37,396 nucleotides of DNA from Chrysochromulina tobinii (Eukaryota): NCBI GenBank assembly GCA_001275005.1, contig JWZX01002977.1:1-37396 (forward strand), read 5' to 3'. A program made the position numbers and the translations under genes. The number at the start of each line of letters is the position of its first letter. Within the stretch, counting starts at the first letter, position 1. This document shows positions 8,778 through 19,276 of this stretch, one piece after another. Below the pieces are notes generated by a model. That model saw only the letters and a program-made list of their open reading frames with translations. It made no database searches and was not told where the DNA came from.

Positions 8778-9937
8778 TCAGACAAGTGGGAAGCGCGCGA
8801 CTGGCTCTATGTTGTGACGTTTGGCGAGCTTCCACAGCAATCGCAATCCATCGCAATCCATCGCAATCAACACGCGACGCACGAGTGGCTCGATGTTGTA
8901 ACGTTCGGCGAGCTTCCACAGCTCGGCCGTTGGCTGTGCGAGGGCGGCCTCCCACGGCTTGGGCCGATGCACAAAGTGCACGATGGCCACCTCGGTGCGC
9001 GCCCACAGCTTACGGTTTGCCTTGCGTGTCTTCACACCCATATTGTATCCGAGAGCGAGAGCGTTGTGGTGAGCACTTGCATGCAAGGCAGGTCATCAGT
9101 GGCAATCAGCGTGTCTTCACACCCATATCGTATCCGAGAGCGCTGTGGTGAGCACTTGCTTGCAAGGCAGGTCATCAGTGGCAATCAACGTACCTTCACA
9201 CCCATATTGTATCCGTAGGGCAACGCCGTCCAGCGACCCTTGAAGTGATGATTGAAGATGGATTGGTCGGTGAGCTGATCCCGTTCGCCAGCTCCCTGGA
9301 TGCGAATCGGTGTGAGCCCCAAGCCCGCCGAGCCCGCAGGCAGCCGCCCATCGAAGGACGCACGGAGGGAGAGATCTTCTAGAGCGGTCGCGTCGGCGAG
9401 CGACGGCGTAAACACGAAGACGCCCGAGTTGAACTGCTTCATCGCATAAGGAAGAGCCGCCACGGCTGCAAAGGGCGGCTGGTCGAGCAGCGCGTCGACA
9501 TTGCGCGCGATGAGCATGTCGATGTCCAGGAACGCGGCGCGGCTGTACCCATCCAGCGCAAAGAGGAGGAGCTTCTGGAACGTGCGGTGGGCCCAGCCGG
9601 TGGACCGCACGAGCTGTCTCGTGGACGTGAGCTGCGCGCGCGCTTGTAATCGGCGGCCTGCACGCTTGTGCTGGTCGACACGTGCGCGCAAGTCCGAGAG
9701 CCGACGGATTCGACTTCCAGCAAACGCGGCCGTGAGCTCCGCCATCGCAGAATCGGGCAGCGGGTCAGCAACCACCAATGTTAGTGGGCATCTGCTGCCA
9801 ACGCGAGCCATGCTGCGCCGCAGACAAACAGCTCCGGGCACGTACGTCTCGTTCGCGATCAGAGTCACAAAGGTCGCGTTCGGAGCGCATCGGGAGGGCG
9901 TCGGCAGTAGCTTGAGGTATGGCGCCACTCTCGTCAT
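8778..9937 (-). CDS. Glycosyltransferase family 8 (glycogenin/galactinol-synthase-like)
   Basis: FVTL..NETY..GA.CL..S, KL..F.L..Y, DxD (LDIDML), FNSGV, DQ..FN, LP..YN. After intron 9193-9030 comes IVHFVHRPKPW. The exact 3' end is uncertain because of a possible further intron at ~8882-8803. Confidence 0.85.
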
Positions 9938-10160
9938 ACTCTCGCGGGTTTTCTGTGAGGAACGGAAAGCCCCCGCGCGCGTGTGAACAGCAGCTGTACA
10001 TGTACTGTATGTGTAGTCCGTAGATGTAAAGTTCCATGGACGGTGCTCGACTTCTGCCGCTTTTCGTCATGTGCCTCGAGGTCGAGGTCGCGGCGGCAAC
10101 CTCTTGTGGGCCGAGGAGGATTTCCGGATTCTGTGCGGCGGGGGACGCCCTTTACGTTTC

Positions 10161-11294
10161 ATGACAGATGATCTGCTGGCGACGAGCATGGGACTCAACC
10201 CTGTGTACTTCCAACCGCATTTGAAGCCGCTGCGGCTCGTGAGCGCAGAAATCAAGGAAAAGTGTTGCCTCGTGGCTGATGAGATCAGCAGAGCGCGTCG
10301 CTCTCGGATCCTTGCGTTCATGACCACGTTTGCAGATATTGTCGCTGAACTGGACATGCGACTCGTCGAGATCGACTTCGAAGAGCTGACGAGCATGTTC
10401 GCCAAGATGTTCGTCAGTTGTGCCGCACCACGGCTACGGAACCTTGCATCCACCCCTCTCGAGCAACGACAAGTAATCGACGAGTCCACAATCACAGATC
10501 TCACTGTGCGTTACGTGCTATGCACTTCCCTAGAGTCGGTTCGCGACCATCATGTAGCGCAGCTCGAGACCCTCGACCACCATGAGTTGATCGTGCAACT
10601 GTCCAGGTTCCCACCGTCCACGCGCACTGGCTACAGGAACTGGCGAGAAGCCACTTGCCATAAAGTTGTGAGAGGACACTTTCTGCAATGGCTCATGGAT
10701 GCTGATGATCACCGGGGGCCCTTGCACGTCACTCTCGAGAGTGTCGTGCGATGGTGGAGTGGTCGGGGGCACACTATCGATCGCACAGCGGCCCTGCTCT
10801 TCCTGAGCTACTTTGCATGCGAGTGGTGCCTCCCTCCCCTGGGCCTTTTTCAATACAATCCCTGTGCGGAGGCTTGTGGGCACGCCAGCGGCGACTTGAT
10901 CGAGGTGGCGCTCGTCAGCCGCACAGCGTTGCTGGAGCTACATGCGTTTCTGACGCAGCAGGTGGGCGATGAGCCGGAGCAGTTGCAGCGCGAGCTCAGA
11001 CGGCGCTTTGGGATGGAGTGGACGATGTCAGTGAAGTCCCGACTGATTTTCATCGATGAAAACTGCCGAATTGAAATCGCATGGCTTAAACTCTACCGCC
11101 ACCTTGCGATGCGGATCTTGGAGCACTTACGCCTCCTCTTTCAAGCCATGGTGAGCGGGGTCATGAGCGACAGCTTGCCCACAGAGACCAAGGCAATCCT
11201 GTGCCGTAAGTGGACAGCAATGATGCCGTTGCACAATGGACCCGGGCACTTCTGGGGGCAGCTTCACTTGCAGATGCGAAGCCTGGTTACCTAA
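10161..11294 (+). CDS. Hypothetical intronless protein
   Basis: Stop-free frame from 10071 (first ATG at 10161), ~377 aa, non-repetitive. No family recognised. Confidence 0.5.
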   Translation: MTDDLLATSMGLNPVYFQPHLKPLRLVSAEIKEKCCLVADEISRARRSRILAFMTTFADIVAELDMRLVEIDFEELTSMFAKMFVSCAAPRLRNLASTPLEQRQVIDESTITDLTVRYVLCTSLESVRDHHVAQLETLDHHELIVQLSRFPPSTRTGYRNWREATCHKVVRGHFLQWLMDADDHRGPLHVTLESVVRWWSGRGHTIDRTAALLFLSYFACEWCLPPLGLFQYNPCAEACGHASGDLIEVALVSRTALLELHAFLTQQVGDEPEQLQRELRRRFGMEWTMSVKSRLIFIDENCRIEIAWLKLYRHLAMRILEHLRLLFQAMVSGVMSDSLPTETKAILCRKWTAMMPLHNGPGHFWGQLHLQMRSLVT

Positions 11295-11627
11295 CGCGTT
11301 GTCACCCCGTCTCATCAGAACTCCGGAGGCTCAGGCTGCGCATCAAGAGAGCGATAGAGCCGCGAGCGGTCAGGGCGGCAGGGCGAGGAGGCGAGTTCCG
11401 GTGAGAGTGGAGGGCGTCTTCCTTAACGACAAACCCCCAGAACCCCGACTAGCCCAGACGGAAGGCGCGGCGCCTGCGCGGTTAAGGGTTATTCGCTTGT
11501 GCCTTATGCTTATCCGATCGGGTAGAAAAGAGCCCCTTACAACCGTCGTCGGTAAACTTCACCCGCATCACCGCTCACCTCAACTCCAGAAACTGGCCGT
11601 CCATCGCTCATCCACGCATCGCTTATT

Positions 11628-12388
11628 TCACAGCTCATCCTTGGCCTTGAATGGACTCTTGATGCCCTTGGGCCCATCAAACTCGTCCCACGAGACCAGA
11701 CCGTCCTTGTCCATATCGAGCCTCTCGAACATCGATTCGACGGCGCCATCGACCTCGGTCCAGTTCTGCGACTTAAAGTAGTCCGACACGTCCACCGGGC
11801 TGAAGTAGCCGTCCGCATCCGAGTCGATGACGGAGAAGACGTTGGGCTGTGAGACATCCAGAACGTCGAGGTCGATGAGGAGCGTTGTATTGGGAGGCAC
11901 GATGAAGTCACCCCTGTGCAAGGAGAGAGATCGAGCGCGCGAGGTGAGCTGCTCGTGGAGCGAGATGCAGAGAGTCAGAGAGTCCATTCGCCGCCTTCGT
12001 ACGCGGTCAGGTTGCCTGTGGCCGGGTCGCGCGTCTGCTCCCGCAGACCCTTTTCACCGTACGCAAGCTCTGGAGGGACGGTCAGGTCGACCTGTGCTCC
12101 TTTGCACAGGCCAATCAGGCCCTGGTCCAGCCCAGGAAGGACCAGTCTGAGGCCCACGACGAGCGTCAAGGGCTGGCCACGCCCGCCGGGGACCTCTTCC
12201 CGTGTCGAATCGATGACACGCCCGCTATCAATGTGGGGCATCGTGACCGTGTAGTGAATCGAGACTGTGGTTTGATTCTTGATCAAGTCCTCGGGGCCGC
12301 ACTCTGTGGCGCCAGCCCTGTACACAACGTCGACGCTCGGACTGGCGGTGGCGACAGCGACGAAGAGGCCGAAGACACGTGTCAACAT
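11628..12388 (-). CDS. ER-luminal FKBP-type peptidyl-prolyl isomerase with EF-hands (FKBP7/14-like)
   Basis: Signal peptide MLTRVFGLFVAVATA. FKBP motifs VSIHYT, IDST, PGLDQGL.GLC.G, VPPELAYGEKG, VPPNTTL. Intron 12002-11914. EF loops DSDADGYFS and DMDKDGLVSWDE. C-terminal KDEL. Confidence 0.92.
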
Positions 12389-12651
12389 CTTCGCGTGGAA
12401 CCCAATCTTCGGTTTTTGCGGAATTCGACGGAACAGGCGTCGGAACGACAGCGCACGGCGCCTTTCTTCAAGAGCCCGTGGAGGCTTGCAAATTCGTGCT
12501 CGAGGGAGACACGCGGGAGGTCTGGAACGCATGCTTGAACATGTACATCTATGGCACGTCACTTCATGTCACGTTGGGGGGCCGCACTCTCACTCTCGCT
12601 GCTGAGGTACGAGGCGGTCACCCGCTCTCCAAAGAAACACATGTATGTTGT

Positions 12652-12830
12652 CCATGAGAGGCATGGAGCATGCGTGCCGACGGCACGGCAAGTCCGAATT
12701 AGATCATAACTGTGGCATGGAGCATGTTTATGCGTGCCGACAGCACCGCGGGGCCATCTCAGAAGGAGCTTGGCCTCGTTCACACCGCGGGAGCTCTCGT
12801 TCACACCTCTCAGAAGGAGCTTGGCCTCGT
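12652..12830. repeat. Two pairs of short imperfect direct repeats
   Basis: GGCATGGAGCATG..TGCGTGCCGAC.GCAC twice and TCTCAGAAGGAGCTTGGCCTCGT twice, just 3' of the 12839-13762 gene. Confidence 0.6.
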
Positions 12831-12838
12831 CGCGCGTC

Positions 12839-13762
12839 TCACTCTGCACCACCGCCCGTCTTTGAGGGCGAGCCTCCCTTGAGTTTCGGTAGATCGGGCT
12901 GCCGCTGGATCCCCCAATCATACTGGCCGTGCTCCTTGGCGTACGTGATGTTGGCCAGCCGCTGCTGCATGGACTCCTTGAGCTTCTTGGCCTCCTTCTT
13001 CTCCTGCAGTGCCTGTTGCCTCCGCGTCTCCTCGGCCATCTCCTTCTTGATCGTACGCGCGCGCAGCGCGGCCGCCTTCTCCTCCGCCGCCTGCTTCGCG
13101 AGGATCGCCTCTCGTCTCTTTTTCGACTCCGCCTCCCTCTCCAGCTTTTTTCGCTCCTCGACGGACTGGATGGCCATGTCGTCGGCAACTCGCGTGGCCA
13201 CGCGCTTCTGCTTCAGGTCGTCCTCGTGCGCCTGGATCGTCATCGCGTACTTGACCCGCTCGTCATTGTACACGTCCGCGCCGTTGTACATCGGCGGCTG
13301 CGGCGGCACGAGCACGTCGTGCGCCATCGCCCACTGGCGCGGAAACTTGGAGGCGACCGTCCACAACCACCGGTGCGGGCCGTAGCCGTCCTCCTTGGTG
13401 TGATAGCCCTCGGCCTCATACCGCATGTTCTCCAGCGCATCCTGGCGCAGCATCTTGACACGCTCCTTGTCAGCCGCCTGCGCTGCCATCAGCGCCTCCT
13501 GACGTGCCTTGAACAGCGCGTTCGCCTCGACTCGGCTTGCCTTCTCCGCCTCCTGCTTGGACTTTGCCAGCGTCAGCTCCTCCTCCTGCAGCGCCAGGTA
13601 CTGCGGGATCCGCTCCGCGTCGTACTGCGGATCATCTAGGTGGTAAGGCGTTCTCCGGGCAGGCGGCGGCGACTTGGTGCCCGTCAAATAAGGCGTACTA
13701 GGCGTCGGCGCACAGAGCACCTTGGTTGGCGAGGGCACCGAACCCTTCATAGTGACCGGCAT
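12839..13762 (-). CDS. Hypothetical coiled-coil (E/K/R/A-rich) protein
   Basis: Single-exon ORF from ATG 13762 with strong GC3 bias and long charged helical tracts. Confidence 0.75.
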   Translation of the reverse strand: MPVTMKGSVPSPTKVLCAPTPSTPYLTGTKSPPPARRTPYHLDDPQYDAERIPQYLALQEEELTLAKSKQEAEKASRVEANALFKARQEALMAAQAADKERVKMLRQDALENMRYEAEGYHTKEDGYGPHRWLWTVASKFPRQWAMAHDVLVPPQPPMYNGADVYNDERVKYAMTIQAHEDDLKQKRVATRVADDMAIQSVEERKKLEREAESKKRREAILAKQAAEEKAAALRARTIKKEMAEETRRQQALQEKKEAKKLKESMQQRLANITYAKEHGQYDWGIQRQPDLPKLKGGSPSKTGGGAE

Positions 13763-13969
13763 GGTTTCTAAGAAACGCTCCGGAGCGAGGAAGCAGCTCG
13801 GCGAGGGGACCGGCAAGATGGACCGCAGAGTTGTCTTGTTCTTTCAGACTTGCTGCGAAAAGAAGATGTCCAATTGGCCACGTCCGGAGTCGGCAAGAAA
13901 CGACACTCGTCTACCCGTAGTCCCATGTACAGTCACAAACCCCACAATATGTTGTGCACGCGCGCGCTG

Positions 13970-14990
13970 TCAGTCGACCACGCTCGCGTCGGACAATTCC
14001 CCTTCAGGCACACTCCGGAGGCCCTTATCGCCGCGCACGGGCACGCCGTCGCAAGCGGCGAGCTGTTCGAAGGGACAGCCAAAGGTGTGCTCGAGCCACG
14101 CGCGCAGGATGGGGTCGAGGTGCATGCGCAGTGAGAAGTGATCGACCATCTCGCGGTGCGCGTGCCCGCACTCGTGGTCGTGGTCGTTGCACGGGAGAGT
14201 CTCGCCGCGCACGCAGTGGCTCGTGCACGGAGGCCGGAGGCTGCACGGAGATGCAGAGCACAATCAGTGGCACTCGGTGGCACTCGGTGGCACTCGGTGG
14301 CACTCAGTGGCACTCGGCGCACCTTTTCGAGAACGCATCGAATAGCTCGGGCGAGCAGAATTGGTCATCGGAGCCGATGCATGCTAGCTTCGGCTTGGCG
14401 CTCTGCTGCGCGGAGGCACTTACGGAACGTCCGAGGAAGAGCGCGCGCTCGAACCCAAACGGCGGCGCCACCATCGCGAATGCCGCCACGTCGGGCAGTG
14501 TCGGCGCCACGTCGGCGACGACGAGTGATCCGTACGAGTACCCGACGAGCAGGAGCGCCTCGGGCGGCGTGTCGAGGGAGCGGAGCATGGCGCACGCCGC
14601 GCGTAGGTCGGCCGCCGAGCTGTGGCCGCGCCCGATGCCCGAGCGGAAGGAGAAGCGCAGTGTCGTCAGGCCCGCTTCCGTCATGAGAGAGACGATGGAA
14701 ACGACCGTCGGATCGTGCATGCTGCCACCCAGCGGCCCCCACGGGTGGCAGACGATGACAGCGAGGCGCGTGGCCCGGTCGGCGAGCCGGCCGTGCACCG
14801 TGCTGCCGCAGCATTGATGCGAATCAGCCGTGAAGCGCACGCTCTCCTCGCCATCGAACGAGGCACGGCCCATCATGATCATGCGGAGCATATGCTCCCG
14901 CTCGTACTGCAGGCGCTTGATCTCGGCCTCCTGGCGCTCCTGGCGCTCGCGCTCCAGCTGAGCCTGAAGGCTCAGGATGGCCGCGTTCAT
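13970..14990 (-). CDS. Alpha/beta-fold hydrolase
   Basis: HPWGPLGGSM, nucleophile elbow GYSYG, acid GSDDQF. Intron 14322-14241. Exon 2 supplies the catalytic His in VDHF. Confidence 0.88.
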
Positions 14991-15191
14991 CGTCGTCGCC
15001 GTCGTTGCCGTGGCGGGTTCTCTCGTCGGAGAGAAGCTTGCTGAGTACGAGAGCGAAGCAGAATTCGTGAAGCTCCCTAATCAGGCGCAATGAAACAAAC
15101 ATGATGTGGCGCCACGCAGGTCGCGCGAGGTCACCCACTTTAAAAGGCTTTAAGCTCCAGGCGCAATAACCGGCGTGAACGCAGTCCTTCA

Positions 15192-16706
15192 ATGCTTGCA
15201 GGCCGGATCGCGATCATCACCGGCGCCGGTCGCGGTATCGGCGCTGCCGCCGCCTTGGCGTTTGGACGTGAGGGCGCGCGTGTGGTGATCAATGACCTCG
15301 ACGCCGACGAGGCTCATGCGTCGGCCGCCGCCGTGCGCGCTGCGGGCGGCGAGGCGATCGCCTTCCCCGGTTCAGTCACTGATGCCAACCTGCCGGACGC
15401 GCTGATGCGGGCGACCCTCGACGCCTATGGCACGCCGGACGTGATCGTCAACAACGCAGGCTTCCTTTGGGACGGAGTGCTGCACAACATGAGCGACCGC
15501 CAGTTCGAGGAGGTCATCGCATGCCACCTGACCGCACCCTTCCGGCTGCTCCGAGCCGCGGCACCGCACATGCGCGGCAGCGCGAAGGCGGAGCTCGCTG
15601 CGGGCAGGCGTCCCCGTGATCGCTCGATCATCAACGTGAGCTCGACGAGCGGCCTGCATGGTAACTTTGGGCAGGCGAACTACGCGGCTGCCAAAGTGGG
15701 CGCACCGACCGGCCACTGATTACGTCCGAGTGCGTCCGAGTGCGAACTGATTACGTCTGATTACGTCTGATTACGTCTGATTACCACTGATTACGTCCGA
15801 GTGCGAACGAGTGCGGACGAGTGCGTCTGAGTGTGGACGAGCGCGGCTGATTGCGCCTGGTTGCCGCTGAGATGACTTGCATGCGATTGCATCTGGTTGC
15901 AAGCAGGCGGGCATCACCGGCCTCACCAAGACGCTCGCCAAGGAATGGGGTCCGCTCGGCGTGCGCGCGAACGCGATCGCCTTCGGTAAGATGGAGACAC
16001 GCATGACTTCGGTCGGTCCCAGTACCAGCATGCCAGCGCTCACGACGGCGCCCCCCTCCCAGGTATGATTGAGACGCGCATGACCTCCGCCTTCGCCGAA
16101 GATGCGGCCGTTACTGTGGGCGGCGAGGCGATTCCACAGGTGGGCTGATTGGTGTTGATGAGCGTTGATGGGCGTTGATGAGCACTGATGAGCACTGATG
16201 AGCACTGATAAGCACTGATGAGCACTGATGAGTACTGATGACCTCACTCATCAGGGACTCCAGGAGCACGTGGCCTCCCTCATTGCATGCTGATTGCCTC
16301 CCTCATTGCATGCTGATGACCTCCCTCATCAGGGACTCCCGGAGCACGTGGCCAAAATCTGGAGCTCAGCCGAGACGCTCAAGGCGGTCGTACCGCTCGC
16401 GCGCAAGGTGAGTGCGCTTGCCCCTCTGATTGCCTCTGATGGCCGCTGTGTGCCGCTGAGTGCCACTGAGTGCCACTGAGTGCCATTGAGTGCCGCTGTG
16501 TGCCGCTGAGTGCCTCTGAGTGCCACTGATTGCCTCCCTCGTCGCATGCTGATGGCCTCCCTCATTGCATGCTGATGGCCTCCCTCATGGCATGCATGCA
16601 GGGGACCGTCGAGGAGGCGGCGGCGGGCATGCTCTTTCTTGCATCGCCGCTCGCATCCTACATCACCGGACATACGCTCGAGGTGACGGGCGGCTTCGGG
16701 ATCTAA
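15192..16706 (+). CDS. Short-chain dehydrogenase/reductase (3-oxoacyl reductase / MFE-2 dehydrogenase-like), 5 exons
   Basis: TGAGRGIG, NNAG, SS, YAAAK, NAIAFG, YITGHTLEVTGG. Exons 15192-15695, 15907-15985, 16063-16139, 16333-16407, 16602-16706 join in frame. Confidence 0.92.
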
Positions 16707-17314
16707 CGCATGCTCGGGACGACGCTCCAAGGACGGCACTACATTTGGACGCTCGGGACGGCGCGTTTCGGCACGACGAGCTTTTGCCTAACGTAATCTG
16801 GCCGTTGCTCAAGATGAGATTCAGCCGCGGCGCACCACCTCCGCTTTCTGACCTTCCCTCCGCCCAACTCCCCCTTCGTTGGGTAACGGTAAATCACTCA
16901 GTTTGAAATCAGATATCTCTGAGGGTAGAGGACGCGGTGGTGCGAATCCAGATATAATCCGACCGCCCAACTCCCCGCCCTTAACCCGCCCCCTCTTGGG
17001 TACGAAGTAGCGCGGCGCGTGAAAGTATCGGCTAAGCTAAGATAGGAGCCCTTGGCGTTGGGGCGGGGCCAAGATAGACGCAAGACGGCTCGGCGAGGGC
17101 CGCCGAGCGCGGGGCCGCACAGTCACCCTATTGCCTACGCTTCGATACCTCCCGGGCACCCGGGCTCCTCTCAAAATACTGTACTGCTGACAAGGGTGGG
17201 CCTCTGGTCTACTTCGGAAAGAGTCGACCGAGCGCCTTCCCCTCCGCCAGTGCCGTCGCCACCGCCGTCGCCGCCACCTCCCCCCCTTCTCCGCCGCCAC
17301 CGTCTCCTCCACCC

Positions 17315-19108
17315 TCACCCCCCATCCCGTCGCCACCGCCTTCCCCTTTCGGAGTCGACCGAGCTGATGGAGTTTTCGGACATGGACGACCCGCGTCGGA
17401 GCAGGTGTGAATATTCACGGGGCAGAGGCTGACTGGACGGCGTGGCCGAGCGCTGAGTCGAGCGCGTCGAGGTTGAAAAAGCGACCCTGTGGAGATGTTG
17501 ATCTCGCGCCGGCGAGGTTGCCGCTCGCGCTGGTTTCGTGCCCGGCACAGCGCTCGTGCCCGGCACGTTCTGATGGAGCCCATGGGTGGCGGCAGCCGCC
17601 AGCTTCGCAATCGGCACCGCAATCAGGCTCTCTCTCGGATCGGGTGCGCAGTTGATACTGGGCTGCAGCAGCGGCGAGCGGAAGAAAAAGAGCATAAAGA
17701 ATTCCAAGTTGAGGAGCAGCCAGATGAGGAAGCAGATCTCGACCAGGCTCTTGAGAGGCTCATTGTTTGGGGTCGGATTGCCGATGAAGACGGCGCCCAA
17801 GACGGCGCCCAAGGCGACGAAGATGGCCGTGGTGAGTGCGACTGTGGAGCGCCGTTTGCGTTCCACCGCACCGTCAGGCTTGCGCCGGCAAGCGTGATCG
17901 AGGCAGATGAGACCGAGCAACTGAACGACAATGAGACCGAGCAACGGGAGCCCTAGCTGTGAAACCGCCCTCCATGAGGTGATCGTGATCTTCGCATTCA
18001 GTGCAAACACGGCGAGGGTGACGAGCGCGGCGATGCAGGCGAGGAGGTAGGCATCGAGCCACGAGAGGGTCGAGGTGCGCGGCAGCCCCATGCTCGCACG
18101 GTAGCCGATGGACGTGAGCAGCAGCGTCACGATCAGCCCGACGCGCTCACTCACGTTATCCTCCTTACATGTAATCGTGAGCACGAGGAAGGCGAGCGTC
18201 ACGAGCAGAAAGTTGGGCAGCCAGACAGAGAAGACGTAGAAGCTCGCGCGCCGGTGCATCCGGACGCGAAGCTCGACCACGGGGTATCGGCAGTAGCTGG
18301 AGCGCTGGGACGTCTCCCCTTCGTACACTTTGATCTCACCTATGAGGGAGGCCATCAAGGGCACTCAGTCGCACTCCATCGCACTCTCATCGTACTCTCA
18401 TCGCACTCTCATCGCACTCTAATTGCACTCTAATTGCATCGCCCACGTACCGTCGAGATCCCATTGGCCCGCGAGGAGGTTCGCGCGCCCAAAGACCTTG
18501 GACGGGTATCCCGGGCGGCCGTCGAAGACGAGGCGCGCGAATCGGCGCTTGTGCCGGTCCGAGAGGTCGGCGCTCGTGCGGTAGGAGACTACCCGGATAG
18601 GCAACTCCTGCACGTCAAACGGAAGCTTATGAGGATCGAAGTCAAAGGTGAAGACGCCGTGGATCACGGTCCGGAATACCACCAGCGGCGACTCGAGGCT
18701 ATGCCGGTGCAGTTTCGTCTCCTCGTACACCTTGTACCACGTCTCCTCAGCCTTTTTCTCAATCAGGTTGTCAATGCCCAGTCGCGGCGTCCATCGCTTG
18801 TTTTCGCCCGCAACAAACGGGCACTGCGGTGGCCAGAGCTCGTTATCCGTGTCTGGCCAGTTCTCGCCATCTTGCCTATCTCTTACCAGCGTGGGGTCGT
18901 GCCATGCTGCTTCCAGATCAATCTTGCCAGTCCACGAGAACTTCTGCTCGTCGATTTCGTAAATGTTGCGGATCCACACGTTCAGCTTCACCACCGGATC
19001 CTGACCATTCGGGCTCCCAAACTGCTCGCCGTCCAACAGCTCCCTGGTGTCGGCAGAAGATCTGGGGACGGAAGGGTCGGAAGGACCCCGGCGCGACGCT
19101 CGAAACAT
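17315..19108 (-). CDS. Pentameric ligand-gated ion channel subunit (Cys-less, Pro-loop type)
   Basis: I.EIDE, W.DP.L, WTPRL.I.N, LPFDVQ Pro-loop, QWDL. Intron 18450-18340. Pre-M1 RR..FY, M1 LP..L, M2 SERVGLIVTLLLT, LP...LSWLD.Y before M3. Confidence 0.88.
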
Positions 19109-19276
19109 CCGACATCGGTTCAAGCGCAAAGAAGCTGTGAAGTTGTGAAAAACTGGGCTGGGAAATCACCTCTGTGTTCGTTTTTCATAACCTCTTCATC
19201 GCGAGTTTCGTGTAATGAAACGAGACGGCCAGTCCTCGTGCCGAGGTCCAGCCAGCCGCCCCTCTTTTACCGCGCC
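19109..19276. promoter_or_regulatory. Short divergent (bidirectional) promoter region between the pLGIC and P5CS genes
   Basis: 168 bp, relatively AT-rich, between head-to-head ATGs. Positional inference only. Confidence 0.45.

Noticed and set aside
16860..17002. Repeated CCGCCCAACTCCCC..TTGGGTA as a mobile element or ncRNA
   Set aside because: Only two short copies, with no termini or recognisable RNA structure.
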